A model generated the notes under the pieces. It did not search any database. It saw only the letters and a list, made by a program, of their open reading frames with translations, and was not told the DNA's origin. Shown piece by piece: positions 24,780 to 33,159 of a DNA stretch of 34,524 bases (position 1 is its first letter; every line of letters begins with the position of its first letter). Source of the stretch: a virus (lineage: Duplodnaviria > Caudoviricetes). The stretch lies in IMG/VR virus record IMGVR_UViG_3300030372_002732, positions 1 to 34,524 of that record. The stretch is one strand, 5' to 3'. The translations under genes and the position numbers were made by a program.

Positions 24780-25013
24780 TTACGATTGCTTGTATGTTTT
24801 AGATTTAAAGCGCATATCATTGTCGGCTTTAAGAACTAATCTAGCTGGATTTGGATCACCAACTATTACACTTTCCTGCAATTCTATTCTTCGCAGGTCT
24901 TCAAGATAACCATCTTTTGTTTCAATGTAGATTGGACAATCAGATATCTTTGTACCTTTCTGTCCGTTTGTGAATTTGTCTAGTACTTGTTGTAAATCTC
25001 TAACTCTTAACAT
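24780..25013 (-). CDS. Hypothetical protein
   Basis: 77-aa ORF. Confidence 0.65.
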   Translation of the reverse strand: MLRVRDLQQVLDKFTNGQKGTKISDCPIYIETKDGYLEDLRRIELQESVIVGDPNPARLVLKADNDMRFKSKTYKQS

Positions 25014-25136
25014 AATATCTTTATAAACATGAGGGGGCTCAGTATCCAGTCCAGTCTCCCTTTCCTTCGTAAGCCAACCCCCACATGAAACAACTTAACC
25101 TTAAAACCAATGGAGTGAAAATAAAGTAAAGTTAAA

Positions 25137-25169
25137 TTGACTTTTACATTAAATTACTTTATTTGTCAA
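25137..25169. promoter_or_regulatory. Overlapping bidirectional promoters
   Basis: Minus strand TTGACA-N17-TAAAAG. Plus strand TTGACT-N17-TATTTG, ending 7 nt before the terS ATG. Confidence 0.5.
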
Positions 25170-25172
25170 CCC

Positions 25173-25715
25173 ATGGGATTACCTAAAAAACTCACAGAAA
25201 TGCAGATCAAATTTGCCAACCTAATTGTCACATCTGAAGGTAGATTGACAGCGACAGAGTGTGCCAGAGAAGCAGGCTATGATAAAGACAGCGCAGCTGT
25301 AAGGGCATCTGAATTACAGAATCCAAAAAGATATCCTTTAGTGGTTCAATATATTGGTAAGTTAAGAGATGAGTTTCAAAAAAAATATGAAGTAGATTAC
25401 GGCAGGCATATAAGTGAGCTCGGTAAAATTAGAAACGCAGCTCTACAAAAAGGAGCCTGGAGTGCAGCAGTTAATGCTGAAGTAGCGAGAGGTAAGGCAG
25501 CTGGTTTGTATATAGAACAAAAGATAATTAGAACCGGCAAACTAGATGACTTGTCTGAAGAAGAATTAGATAAAAGAATTGGTGAAGTGTTAGATCAATA
25601 CTCACCTATCATTGAAGGCGACGCTAAAGAATTAAAAGAAAAAGTAAAGGAAGAACAGAAGAAAATAAGATTAGATCCTAAACAAAGAAAGAAAACTACT
25701 GAGACTTTAAATTAA
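25173..25715 (+). CDS. terS: Terminase small subunit-like protein
   Basis: 'LTEMQIKFA...TATECAREAGY...A.VRASEL' HTH signature, then 'L..IRNAA....AWSAAVNAE..RGK..GLY'. Start placed at ATG 25173 (MGLPKKL). Confidence 0.8.
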   Translation: MGLPKKLTEMQIKFANLIVTSEGRLTATECAREAGYDKDSAAVRASELQNPKRYPLVVQYIGKLRDEFQKKYEVDYGRHISELGKIRNAALQKGAWSAAVNAEVARGKAAGLYIEQKIIRTGKLDDLSEEELDKRIGEVLDQYSPIIEGDAKELKEKVKEEQKKIRLDPKQRKKTTETLN

Positions 25716-26002
25716 ACACTAACTTTCTCCATCTTAATTATACAACCAATTGGAAATACATTACGATCACTAAACAACTCATCATTGTTTTCATAACTTG
25801 CAAATGTTCTAATTGTTTTTCTATCCTTACTAAATAAATAACCATATGTAGTCATTACGCTTGGTTTGAATTTAGTGAACTCATCTTTAGTGGCATGCCC
25901 GGAATCACCTGTAATATCAGCCCATTCAATCTTATAAAAATAATATTTCTTTTTGTTTATAATCAAATGTTTGTACTTAGATTTCTTCCTTCTTTTTGTC
26001 AT
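25712..26002 (-). CDS. Hypothetical protein
   Basis: 96 aa with 'IEWADITGDSG...FASY...FP.GCI.KM'. Confidence 0.7.
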   Translation of the reverse strand: MTKRRKKSKYKHLIINKKKYYFYKIEWADITGDSGHATKDEFTKFKPSVMTTYGYLFSKDRKTIRTFASYENNDELFSDRNVFPIGCIIKMEKVSV

Positions 26003-26092
26003 AATATGTTATAGCACCTATAGATTCTTTTTCTACCCTCAGTGTAACTTCGTTTTCCTGTGTTTTGCTCCATATTTTGTTGGGGAAAGCCG

Positions 26093-26221
26093 ATTGTAGT
26101 ACTTTTTTTCGTTGGTATTAAACAATTGTAGTGTTTTTAAAATAAAAACCCAACACATTGTAGTACTTTTTTTCGATTAAAAGCGTTGGTATTAAACAAT
26201 TGTTGCCATTGTAGTACTTTT
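26093..26221. repeat. Iteron-like repeats, candidate replication origin
   Basis: ATTGTAGT at 26093, 26125, 26157 and 26208; CGTTGGTATTAAACAATTGT at 26110 and 26184; within a gene-free AT-rich gap. Confidence 0.65.
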
Positions 26222-26349
26222 GAACGACCCTAAAAAAATATTTTTAAAAAACATTTTACCCCCAGATAGAACCTATACAAAGCCAACAAAACTCATTTTG
26301 AACATTATTTTGCCACATTTCTGACATAAATCCCATAATTTCACCACAA

Positions 26350-26511
26350 TTAATGGATGGATCCTGCTAACTTATTTATTTTTTCAGATATCTCTTTCAC
26401 CAATTCATACCATTTGTTGTGCCACATTGTCCTCATTTTTTTGTCTTCGGCTTTGTCGTAAGCTATTTTAATATTATTCAGTCTTTTTAGATCTTGATCT
26501 AAGCTGGTCAT
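26350..26511 (-). CDS. Hypothetical protein (53 aa)
   Basis: Hand-translated MTSLDQDLKRLNNIKIAYDKAEDKKMRTMWHNKWYELV... Confidence 0.6.
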   Translation of the reverse strand: MTSLDQDLKRLNNIKIAYDKAEDKKMRTMWHNKWYELVKEISEKINKLAGSIH

Positions 26512-27175
26512 AGTATTGATTAACCCTTTCTAAAAATTGATGTTGATAATCTACAAACTCATCATCTTTTACAATAAACTCCTGAAAGAAATTATCTTTC
26601 GTGCAGATTAGGTTTACACCTTGAGTAATCTTGGTCCCATATACATAGTTATGGGCCATGGCATATCCACCTAATTGAGTGAAGTAGTCCGTGATCCATT
26701 CTCTACGTTTCGGTTTATTTGATTGTTTAAAATCTACTATAGACGCAACGCCATCGTATATCCCAACAAGATCGGTTGCTCCAGCATAAAGACCTGGGTA
26801 ATATAAAGTTACCTCACTACCCCATATCTCACTAAGTCTATTCTTTAAACCATGTTCTATAATTTGTTCGGCCATACCGTGAGCCATGTTCCCTGTTTCT
26901 GTCATATCTAATTTATTAGTACCAAGAACATAGTGTTCGAGAATCGAGTGCATCGCAGTACCTCTTGCAGCTGCATCATCTTTAATCTTATCTGCTACCG
27001 CTGGTCCTACTCTCTGTCTCCAACTTTCTAAAGAGTCTTTCTTCTCTTGACTCTGAGTCTCAGCTAATACAGTCGTAACACTCGGTAATTTTTCCTTGCC
27101 TACTTCGTAATGTCTCTTATCATTAATCAATGATCGCATTGACTTAGGGTAATCAAATTGTTTATTCCATTTCAT
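26474..27175 (-). CDS. PD-(D/E)XK exonuclease (MGME1/Cas4-like)
   Basis: 'LPSVTTVL', 'RGTAMH..LE', 'YAGATDLV....IVDFKQS', 'QL.GY'. Confidence 0.85.
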   Translation of the reverse strand: MKWNKQFDYPKSMRSLINDKRHYEVGKEKLPSVTTVLAETQSQEKKDSLESWRQRVGPAVADKIKDDAAARGTAMHSILEHYVLGTNKLDMTETGNMAHGMAEQIIEHGLKNRLSEIWGSEVTLYYPGLYAGATDLVGIYDGVASIVDFKQSNKPKRREWITDYFTQLGGYAMAHNYVYGTKITQGVNLICTKDNFFQEFIVKDDEFVDYQHQFLERVNQYYDQLRSRSKKTE

Positions 27176-27333
27176 TTATTTCTTTCTTCCTTATTTCTTT
27201 TAGATTGTTCGTAAGATTCTTTTAGTTCATCTTGTTCTTTTTTTCCAAATATTTCTTCAAAATTTTTTCGATACGAATCGTTGGAAACCCTTGATTTTCC
27301 GTCCCATTTTGTACCTTTGTCCTTATTATTCAT
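27172..27333 (-). CDS. Hypothetical protein (53 aa)
   Basis: MNNKDKGTKWDGKSRVSNDSYRKNFEEIFG..., TAAGGA RBS, ATGA-coupled. Confidence 0.6.
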   Translation of the reverse strand: MNNKDKGTKWDGKSRVSNDSYRKNFEEIFGKKEQDELKESYEQSKRNKEERNK

Positions 27334-27346
27334 AATTTAAATATCC

Positions 27347-27457
27347 TTATAAACTATTTTTAATTAGTTGGTTCGTAATTGTGGTCCATGGGTTTAAATC
27401 AAAGTCTCTACACCCAGACAACGTTAAACAAATTAATATTATCATTAATATTTTCAT
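27347..27457 (-). CDS. Small putative lipoprotein (36 aa)
   Basis: MKILMIILICLTLSG-C, lipobox LSGC. Confidence 0.55.
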   Translation of the reverse strand: MKILMIILICLTLSGCRDFDLNPWTTITNQLIKNSL

Positions 27458-27558
27458 ATTAACAAACCAATGATTAACCCTGCTATAAAGCCCACTATAT
27501 ATTCTCTATAGTACAAAGACCATACATTAAAATCTCTTAGTATCTTCTTCCAATTCAT
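27454..27558 (-). CDS. Small membrane peptide (34 aa)
   Basis: MNWKKILRDFNVWSLYYREYIVGFIAGLIIGLLI, GGGAG RBS. Confidence 0.6.
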   Translation of the reverse strand: MNWKKILRDFNVWSLYYREYIVGFIAGLIIGLLI

Positions 27559-27630
27559 TCTTACTCCCTATTCTGTAGGCTATGTAAAAACCTACGATTG
27601 TTAAACCTGTGCCTAAAAAAAATAAACCTA

Positions 27631-28008
27631 TCAATGGAGATCCTTCTTGTCGATTAAGTTAACTTGAAATAAATCTCCATATCTAAATGGGCAATCCTCA
27701 CTTAAATACTTAGCAAAGGGCTCTTGAAATTTTAAAAAGTCCTCTCGATTCTTTTCCATTTCTTTCATAACCACTTCAAAATTTTTATCACATACCTGTA
27801 ATAAAACATCCAACATTAAGATCTGTGGCATGATTGGTATTCCCTCCAATATAGTTTTTTCTGCTAATTGTTTAACTTTTGCACCTTCTAAAAAAGGTGC
27901 GATTACTTTTGCAAAATCTAGCATATAATCACTAATGGCAGACTTTTGTTCTTCGGTTAATGCATCAAATGCTTTATGCATACTTTCTTTATTTAGTTTC
28001 TTTGTCAT
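27631..28008 (-). CDS. Hypothetical protein
   Basis: 125 aa, AAGGA RBS. Confidence 0.65.
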   Translation of the reverse strand: MTKKLNKESMHKAFDALTEEQKSAISDYMLDFAKVIAPFLEGAKVKQLAEKTILEGIPIMPQILMLDVLLQVCDKNFEVVMKEMEKNREDFLKFQEPFAKYLSEDCPFRYGDLFQVNLIDKKDLH

Positions 28009-28186
28009 ATTTTCCTTTAAATAAATCAGCTAGTTCTCGTTCATGTACCAACTTATCATATTGTCGGTCTTCTTCTGCTCGAGAAAGGGCTGCTTTTAGT
28101 TCTTCTATTTCTTTTTCTGCTTCTATTCTTTTTGCTTTTTCTTCACGCCACATCTCTAGCAATGAAGGGTCCTTATCTGATGTCAT
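27989..28186 (-). CDS. Hypothetical coiled-coil protein
   Basis: 65 aa, GGAG RBS. Confidence 0.6.
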   Translation of the reverse strand: MTSDKDPSLLEMWREEKAKRIEAEKEIEELKAALSRAEEDRQYDKLVHERELADLFKGKYDKETK

Positions 28187-28688
28187 GTTCTCCGCTTTCT
28201 TCTTTTACTTCTTTTACCACTCTTAAAATGTTTTCGCAATCTTTAAGTGTGACTTGATTTTTTCTATTATTACAACCTGCGCAACAAAATATTATGTTGC
28301 CTACTTCATATCCTCTGTTGTTATCTAGTCTATCAACAGACATATTGGTTAGTGTAATACTGCCGCGTTTAGTTTGTAATTCTGTTTGTCCGTGGTTCTT
28401 GATTGGTACAATAAATGTAAATGGTGCATGACAATATCTACATAACTTACCATCGCTCAATGGAAATTTTTCTTTCATAATTAATTTATGATTTAAATAC
28501 TCTACCCAGTAATCAATCTTATCTAAATTGACACTTACATAATCTCTTTTCTTCCGAGATGAAGGTTTCGTAAAGTGTATAAACTTCTGCCCTACGAATC
28601 CTTTCTCGGAATTGTCATATCTGTGATCAGCTATTGCTTTTTTAGCAAAGTCTCTATTATATCTAAACTTACCTTCAGCTTTGATCAC
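28173..28688 (-). CDS. HNH-like Zn-binding endonuclease
   Basis: CRYC ... SVDRLDNNRGY..GNI.FCCAGCNNRK. Confidence 0.75.
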   Translation of the reverse strand: MIKAEGKFRYNRDFAKKAIADHRYDNSEKGFVGQKFIHFTKPSSRKKRDYVSVNLDKIDYWVEYLNHKLIMKEKFPLSDGKLCRYCHAPFTFIVPIKNHGQTELQTKRGSITLTNMSVDRLDNNRGYEVGNIIFCCAGCNNRKNQVTLKDCENILRVVKEVKEESGEHDIR

Positions 28689-28833
28689 GTTCTATCTCTC
28701 CCTTTGAATCACACTTATCACAATTGGCCCATAGTTCTTCTTTTGCTAAGTGATAAGGTACTCTTACAAATCCGTTCCCATTACATTCAGGACAGATTTT
28801 TTTACCGTCTTCGTTGCCGTCTAAGGTTGCCAT
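28675..28833 (-). CDS. Small DnaJ-type zinc-finger protein (52 aa)
   Basis: Hand-translated CPECNGNG ... CDKCDSKG, GAGGAG RBS. Confidence 0.7.
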   Translation of the reverse strand: MATLDGNEDGKKICPECNGNGFVRVPYHLAKEELWANCDKCDSKGEIERDQS

Positions 28834-29063
28834 TATGCGCTCCTCTTTTTATTTTTTACGTCCTTTGGACTCATTGAAACTGCTTCAGCAATTGCAAACT
28901 TTATCATCCCAGGCCGATTGACACAGATAAAACCAGTCAGTTCTAACTTGTGTCCTTTAGGTAGTTTAAGTCCATCTTTGTTATAAAAATGGACTTTACA
29001 AACTCCGTTCTGTGGGAAATTTATAATTGATCCCATGATTTTCTTGTCATCTTTCTTATCCAT
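28833..29063 (-). CDS. Hypothetical protein
   Basis: 76 aa, GAGG RBS. Confidence 0.6.
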   Translation of the reverse strand: MDKKDDKKIMGSIINFPQNGVCKVHFYNKDGLKLPKGHKLELTGFICVNRPGMIKFAIAEAVSMSPKDVKNKKRSA

Positions 29064-29069
29064 AATACC

Positions 29070-29297
29070 TCAATTTTTTATAGACAGTTTAGATTCAAGA
29101 CGATTCAACACGTCCATCTTGCCTTGATGGATTGCTTTTTCGATCATAGCATCAAAATAATCACCACTTGTAACTTGTATGCTACAAGGTTTAGTCTCTT
29201 TGTATTCTTTGAACATGGCATTAATTTTGTCTGTCCAAAAATCAACTCTTTCTTGACTATCTTGTAGAACAATTATGGTTTTTGCTAGGTTCTCCAT
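29070..29297 (-). CDS. Hypothetical protein
   Basis: 75 aa, AGGAGG RBS. Confidence 0.6.
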   Translation of the reverse strand: MENLAKTIIVLQDSQERVDFWTDKINAMFKEYKETKPCSIQVTSGDYFDAMIEKAIHQGKMDVLNRLESKLSIKN

Positions 29298-29476
29298 AGC
29301 TTACCCTCCTTAATTATATGGAATGTTACATTACTCTTCTTATTGACGTACTCTATAATCCCATTCCATTTAGGATTTGACGTCGTTAGCGACTTAAGAA
29401 GTCTTTTAAATGACATAGCTGGCATCTCTTTGACACCTTCTACTTTATCTTCAGTGACTTTAAATGTGTACTTCAT
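29285..29476 (-). CDS. Hypothetical protein
   Basis: 63 aa, ATGA-coupled. Confidence 0.6.
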   Translation of the reverse strand: MKYTFKVTEDKVEGVKEMPAMSFKRLLKSLTTSNPKWNGIIEYVNKKSNVTFHIIKEGKLWRT

Positions 29477-29799
29477 GTGATCCTTTCTATATCCAGTAAG
29501 AATGTATGGCTAATACAATGTTGCGTTAACATACTTTCAGTAAATTTTTCCTTAGTATCAATATCTACTTTAGGATATTTACGCTCAGCACTCCACGCCA
29601 TGCCACCATATAGATCTGCTTTTTTTAAAGCATCTCTATATATCTTCCATTTAGGCCATGATTCATCAATTGCTTTTTGACGCTTTGGAGTCATACGCTT
29701 AGGTTTTCTCCAAGTCGTATGCTTCATCATTATTTCGTACGCTTTTTCAGTACAATCTAGTTTATGAGCCATCTGGTCCCTCACTTGGTTGATGTCCAC
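29473..29799 (-). CDS. Hypothetical protein
   Basis: 108-aa ORF. The start may be the internal Met after GAGG. Confidence 0.6.
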   Translation of the reverse strand: MDINQVRDQMAHKLDCTEKAYEIMMKHTTWRKPKRMTPKRQKAIDESWPKWKIYRDALKKADLYGGMAWSAERKYPKVDIDTKEKFTESMLTQHCISHTFLLDIERIT

Positions 29800-29998
29800 A
29801 TTCTACAAAGATCTTCCATTGACCTCTGTTTTGAAACTCTGCCTTATCAAATTGATTACATGCATCATCTAAGTTAGTTCCATTAGTAAAGAAATGTAGG
29901 TTTTCTTTTACATTATGAAACAGATAAACGTTATTCTCAACGCTTACTCTGCTTTCATCATACTTTTGTATCTCTCTTTTTTTCTTTCGTTTTGGCAT
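29762..29998 (-). CDS. Hypothetical protein
   Basis: 78 aa, AAGGAG RBS. Confidence 0.6.
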   Translation of the reverse strand: MPKRKKKREIQKYDESRVSVENNVYLFHNVKENLHFFTNGTNLDDACNQFDKAEFQNRGQWKIFVECGHQPSEGPDGS

Positions 29999-30000
29999 AT

Positions 30001-30177
30001 CTACTCCTTTTTTTGTATTTTGCCGTTCAAGTGTTTTGCCTCTTTATTTATTAACATTTCAACAGTCTGTGATCTACTCATCGTAGTGTTAGGGACTATT
30101 GCTTTCCTAACTTTATCTAATGTGGCATAGGCTTTAACCCCAATGGATAAATTTTTATATTTTGTTTTATCAGTCAT
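30001..30177 (-). CDS. Ribbon-helix-helix-like DNA-binding protein (58 aa)
   Basis: Hand-translated MTDKTKYKNLSIGVKAYATLDKVRKAIVPNTTMSRSQTVEMLINKEAK..., a strand-helix-'MSRS'-helix pattern. GAAAGG RBS. Confidence 0.65.
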   Translation of the reverse strand: MTDKTKYKNLSIGVKAYATLDKVRKAIVPNTTMSRSQTVEMLINKEAKHLNGKIQKKE

Positions 30178-30197
30178 GTTACCTTTCTATAAAATAT

Positions 30198-30232
30198 AGT
30201 ATAATATATAGGATATTATACTTTATTGTCAA
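30198..30232 (-). promoter_or_regulatory. Sigma70 promoter overlapped by a perfect palindrome
   Basis: TTGACA (30227-32) with TATATA/TATATT 16-18 nt downstream. AGTATAATAT-N5-ATATTATACT at 30198-30222. Confidence 0.7.
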
Positions 30233-30244
30233 TGTTAAATTAGT

Positions 30245-30457
30245 CTATATTGTCGCAGCTGGAGTGCAAGTAAATCTTATAAATAGCTGGTATTTATTGA
30301 CTTCTTCCTCCCCTATTTCCTCCATTTTTATAATAGATTCTTCATAGCCTGCAATCATACAATCATAAGTTGAGTTAAATTGTTCTGGCCAAGGGTAGGG
30401 TTGTAAGCAGTCATTCTGTGTCATTGAACACAGCAACAACATCAATGTAAATTTCAT
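30245..30457 (-). CDS. Small secreted Cys-containing protein
   Basis: Hydrophobic N-terminus and four Cys. Confidence 0.6.
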   Translation of the reverse strand: MKFTLMLLLCSMTQNDCLQPYPWPEQFNSTYDCMIAGYEESIIKMEEIGEEEVNKYQLFIRFTCTPAATI

Positions 30458-30585
30458 TAACGTCCTTGTCGGTTGTATTTTTTAAATGACCTTTTTTCTG
30501 ATTTATTTTTATTTTTTTTATGAACCCGAGGCCTTTTCTTAGGTTTATCTCGTGGAATAAAATTTTTAAACTTTATCTTGGCCAT
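30457..30585 (-). CDS. Small basic protein (42 aa)
   Basis: MAKIKFKNFIPRDKPKKRPRVHKK...KKYNRQGR, TAATG-coupled. Confidence 0.6.
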   Translation of the reverse strand: MAKIKFKNFIPRDKPKKRPRVHKKNKNKSEKRSFKKYNRQGR

Positions 30586-30799
30586 CTTGAAGCTTTTTTA
30601 ACATGTCTTTTTTCTCTTGGTCAATTACTAAATACTTAATATGTCCATTGACATGTTGTTGTACATCTGCGTCACACAACGTACACTTAAAAAGATCTTC
30701 TACGATTGAAAGAAGTAAAGCTTTTTGATTACATTCAGGGCAGATACCAATTACTGTTTCTATATTGCCAAGTAATCTTTCTTTGCTTGCCCGTGTCAT
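30566..30799 (-). CDS. Zinc-ribbon protein
   Basis: CPEC...CTLC. Start placed at the TAATG overlap (30799). Confidence 0.65.
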   Translation of the reverse strand: MTRASKERLLGNIETVIGICPECNQKALLLSIVEDLFKCTLCDADVQQHVNGHIKYLVIDQEKKDMLKKLQDGQDKV

Positions 30800-31284
30800 T
30801 ATCCAACTACTTCCCCGTCTTTCCATTTCATATCTGGTAGTCCGTTTTCGTAGCTTTTCCCGTCATACGTGAGTACTTGTTTTCTATTAGCACCTTTTTC
30901 ATTATATGATACGTGGACCCAGCCACCTGCTGGATCATCTTTTTTATAGAACTCTAAAATTAATTGATCAAAGTCACAGTTGTTTGAGATCCAGTAAGCC
31001 GTCTTAATATTTGGCACACCTGCTATTTCGAAGTCGACGGCCTGACCACGTGCGTGCTGCGAAGTTTTTTTCGAGCCGATCGCTTCACAAAGTGCTTCCG
31101 ATCTGTAACCAGAGGTAACAGTAATGGGTTTATCAAAGTGCGCACGAACCGGTTCCAAAATTTCATAACATACATTCTCCAAATTTTTAATATCACCTGC
31201 TCCTGGTGAGTTGTCTATCCCTTTCCGCGTTGCGGTCATCGACTTAGTCATCTCTTCAAGTTTGAAGTGTTTACTCAGTTGCAT
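30799..31284 (-). CDS. Peptidase M15A (D-Ala-D-Ala peptidase-like) endolysin
   Basis: 'SGYRS', 'SQH..GQAVD' and 'WVHVS' Zn-binding motifs. Confidence 0.9.
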   Translation of the reverse strand: MQLSKHFKLEEMTKSMTATRKGIDNSPGAGDIKNLENVCYEILEPVRAHFDKPITVTSGYRSEALCEAIGSKKTSQHARGQAVDFEIAGVPNIKTAYWISNNCDFDQLILEFYKKDDPAGGWVHVSYNEKGANRKQVLTYDGKSYENGLPDMKWKDGEVVG

Positions 31285-31385
31285 ATTTTTTTTCTCCCTT
31301 TTTTCTATTATATAGTTTTTTAGATTTAATGATACGCTGTTTATAACGTCTATCTCTTAATAATTTGGCCATTTTATTAGATTTT

Positions 31386-31601
31386 TTATTCAAGGATTAA
31401 AGAAAGAATTTTCTTCTCTCCCATGTATACTTCTACGTTTGCCTTAGATTTTATGCATTTATAGACTACTCTATCTTTAGTGCTTTTGTCCTTCATCGCA
31501 TAACGCTTAGCTTTTAAACAATTTTGTAAGCTATCGTGATAACGATGCTCTATAATTTTATGGTCCTGTAGGAGTAAAAGTGCAAATACAATCTCAACCA
31601 T
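31386..31601 (-). CDS. Hypothetical protein
   Basis: 71 aa, AGGAG RBS. Confidence 0.6.
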   Translation of the reverse strand: MVEIVFALLLLQDHKIIEHRYHDSLQNCLKAKRYAMKDKSTKDRVVYKCIKSKANVEVYMGEKKILSLILE

Positions 31602-32002
31602 TAGTGTGCTCCTGATCCGTTTCTAATTAATTTTTCAACATCTACCTGTAATTTAGATACTTGTTCTTTTAAAAAATCTATATTAATTTTATTATTTCTC
31701 ATACCCTTCATCTCCTCTTCTACGTCCTCTAAAATTCCTGCGATATGTTCCACCAGCATGAAAAGTTCGGCCTCCCCGGAAGATTGACCAAGTTCTCCAC
31801 GTGGGTACTTGATTCTAAACTCTGAGTTTTGTTGCAAATCTTTTTCAAATAACTCTAATTTTGTGCTGTGCTGGTTGAGCTTCTCATTAATACCAAAATA
31901 TGCCCAGGTTCCAATCGCGACCATACAGATCAACGAGGCAACCGTTTTCATCGGCATTTGTACACGTGCTTCTTCGCTTATGTTTAAAGGTTTATTTGCC
32001 AT
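31601..32002 (-). CDS. Membrane-anchored coiled-coil protein
   Basis: One TM segment followed by heptad repeats. Confidence 0.65.
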   Translation of the reverse strand: MANKPLNISEEARVQMPMKTVASLICMVAIGTWAYFGINEKLNQHSTKLELFEKDLQQNSEFRIKYPRGELGQSSGEAELFMLVEHIAGILEDVEEEMKGMRNNKINIDFLKEQVSKLQVDVEKLIRNGSGAH

Positions 32003-32117
32003 TTTTTTTCATGTAATGTTTAGATGGTTCATAGTTCCATCTTTTACCGTGGTGTCCTCTTATATCTGCATACCACATTCTTAATCTTACTATCCATTTG
32101 CGTACTGGTCTAGGCAT
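31992..32117 (-). CDS. Hypothetical protein (41 aa)
   Basis: Hand-translated MPRPVRKWIVRLRMWYADIRGHHGKRWNYEP... Confidence 0.5.
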   Translation of the reverse strand: MPRPVRKWIVRLRMWYADIRGHHGKRWNYEPSKHYMKKNGK

Positions 32118-32226
32118 TTTTCTTTTTTTTCTTTCCGCATTTACATCTAGGAGCCGTAAGTTTATCAATAAATGAGGACAATACGTCTAAAGAACCAAAA
32201 AATTTTAATAAAATTTTATCTATCAT
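32110..32226 (-). CDS. Hypothetical protein (38 aa)
   Basis: Hand-translated MIDKILLKFFGSLD...PRCKCGKKKKKNA. Confidence 0.5.
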   Translation of the reverse strand: MIDKILLKFFGSLDVLSSFIDKLTAPRCKCGKKKKKNA

Positions 32227-32228
32227 TG

Positions 32229-32843
32229 TTATTCAATTGCATTCCATTCAGCTTCATCATCAATAGGTTTAGGTAATGGTAAGATAATGTTTTTGTCATT
32301 AATATCTTTAGGCATTAATAACTTACTATCTCCCATTAGTTTGATATCTGGATTTTCTTTTTTATAATCATCCTTGAGATCATCCCAATGACTACCTTCA
32401 GGTTTTTTGTTTTCGGGTATTATTATACCAGAACATTTAGCTACTAGCAATGCAAAGCTAGGGTTACGCTGTAATGTAGGGTTATTATTAACTTTTCCAC
32501 ACATTTTCATTAATTCTAATTGCTGTTTTAAATGCATGTTTTCTTGCTGTACTTCTTTAAATTCATCAGTACAGGCTGAACCTAAATATTTCCGGTAAGT
32601 AAACTCAATCCTCCTATTATCATCATAGTCATTATAATTATTACTAGGAGAAGTATGTCGGTAGGAGCCATCACGGTCCTCTTGAGATACACGTACGTCA
32701 AATGACCCAGTAGAACAGCTGCTAGGGTAATCATTAAGGTATTCATTCCTTCCCCATGCATTAGGTCCTCCAAACAAAGCTAACAATACCATTAATAATA
32801 TTAACATTCCTGTAAAATAATAATTCATCCTGGCTTCCTCCAT
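32229..32843 (-). CDS. Secreted/membrane-anchored hypothetical protein
   Basis: Signal-like N-terminus (probable start MNYYF after GGAGG) and four Cys. Confidence 0.65.
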   Translation of the reverse strand: MEEARMNYYFTGMLILLMVLLALFGGPNAWGRNEYLNDYPSSCSTGSFDVRVSQEDRDGSYRHTSPSNNYNDYDDNRRIEFTYRKYLGSACTDEFKEVQQENMHLKQQLELMKMCGKVNNNPTLQRNPSFALLVAKCSGIIIPENKKPEGSHWDDLKDDYKKENPDIKLMGDSKLLMPKDINDKNIILPLPKPIDDEAEWNAIE

Positions 32844-32849
32844 GCATAA

Positions 32850-33149
32850 CTACCTATTTAAATCCTTAATATCATAGTCGTGTTCTCTGACTTGGTCTGC
32901 TAATTGTCTATACAGATTTTCTGCCATCTGCCATGTTGCTTCAGCTGATGATAGCCTTGTATTGATATCTGTAATATTTTTTTCTGCTTGGTCTAAATCT
33001 CTTTGAAGATTTGTAATTTCTAAATTATTTGAATCAATAGTATCTGTAAGATTAACTATGTAACGGACCCCTGTAAATGTTCCAACAACTAGTGATGCAA
33101 CAATGGGTACCATTACTATGTTTTTCTTTAAAAGATCTACTAGGTTCAT
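32850..33149 (-). CDS. Membrane-anchored coiled-coil protein
   Basis: TM segment 'IVMVPIVASLVVGTFTGV' followed by a coiled coil. Confidence 0.65.
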   Translation of the reverse strand: MNLVDLLKKNIVMVPIVASLVVGTFTGVRYIVNLTDTIDSNNLEITNLQRDLDQAEKNITDINTRLSSAEATWQMAENLYRQLADQVREHDYDIKDLNR

Positions 33150-33159
33150 AGGGCATAAA

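Noticed and set aside
25137-25172. TTG start at 25137 for terS
   Set aside because: That TTG belongs to a TTGACT -35-like element. The TerS-like sequence begins at ATG 25173.
26474-27175. Exonuclease as a CRISPR Cas4
   Set aside because: It lacks the four Fe-S cysteines and any cas context. It is an ordinary phage PD-(D/E)XK exonuclease.
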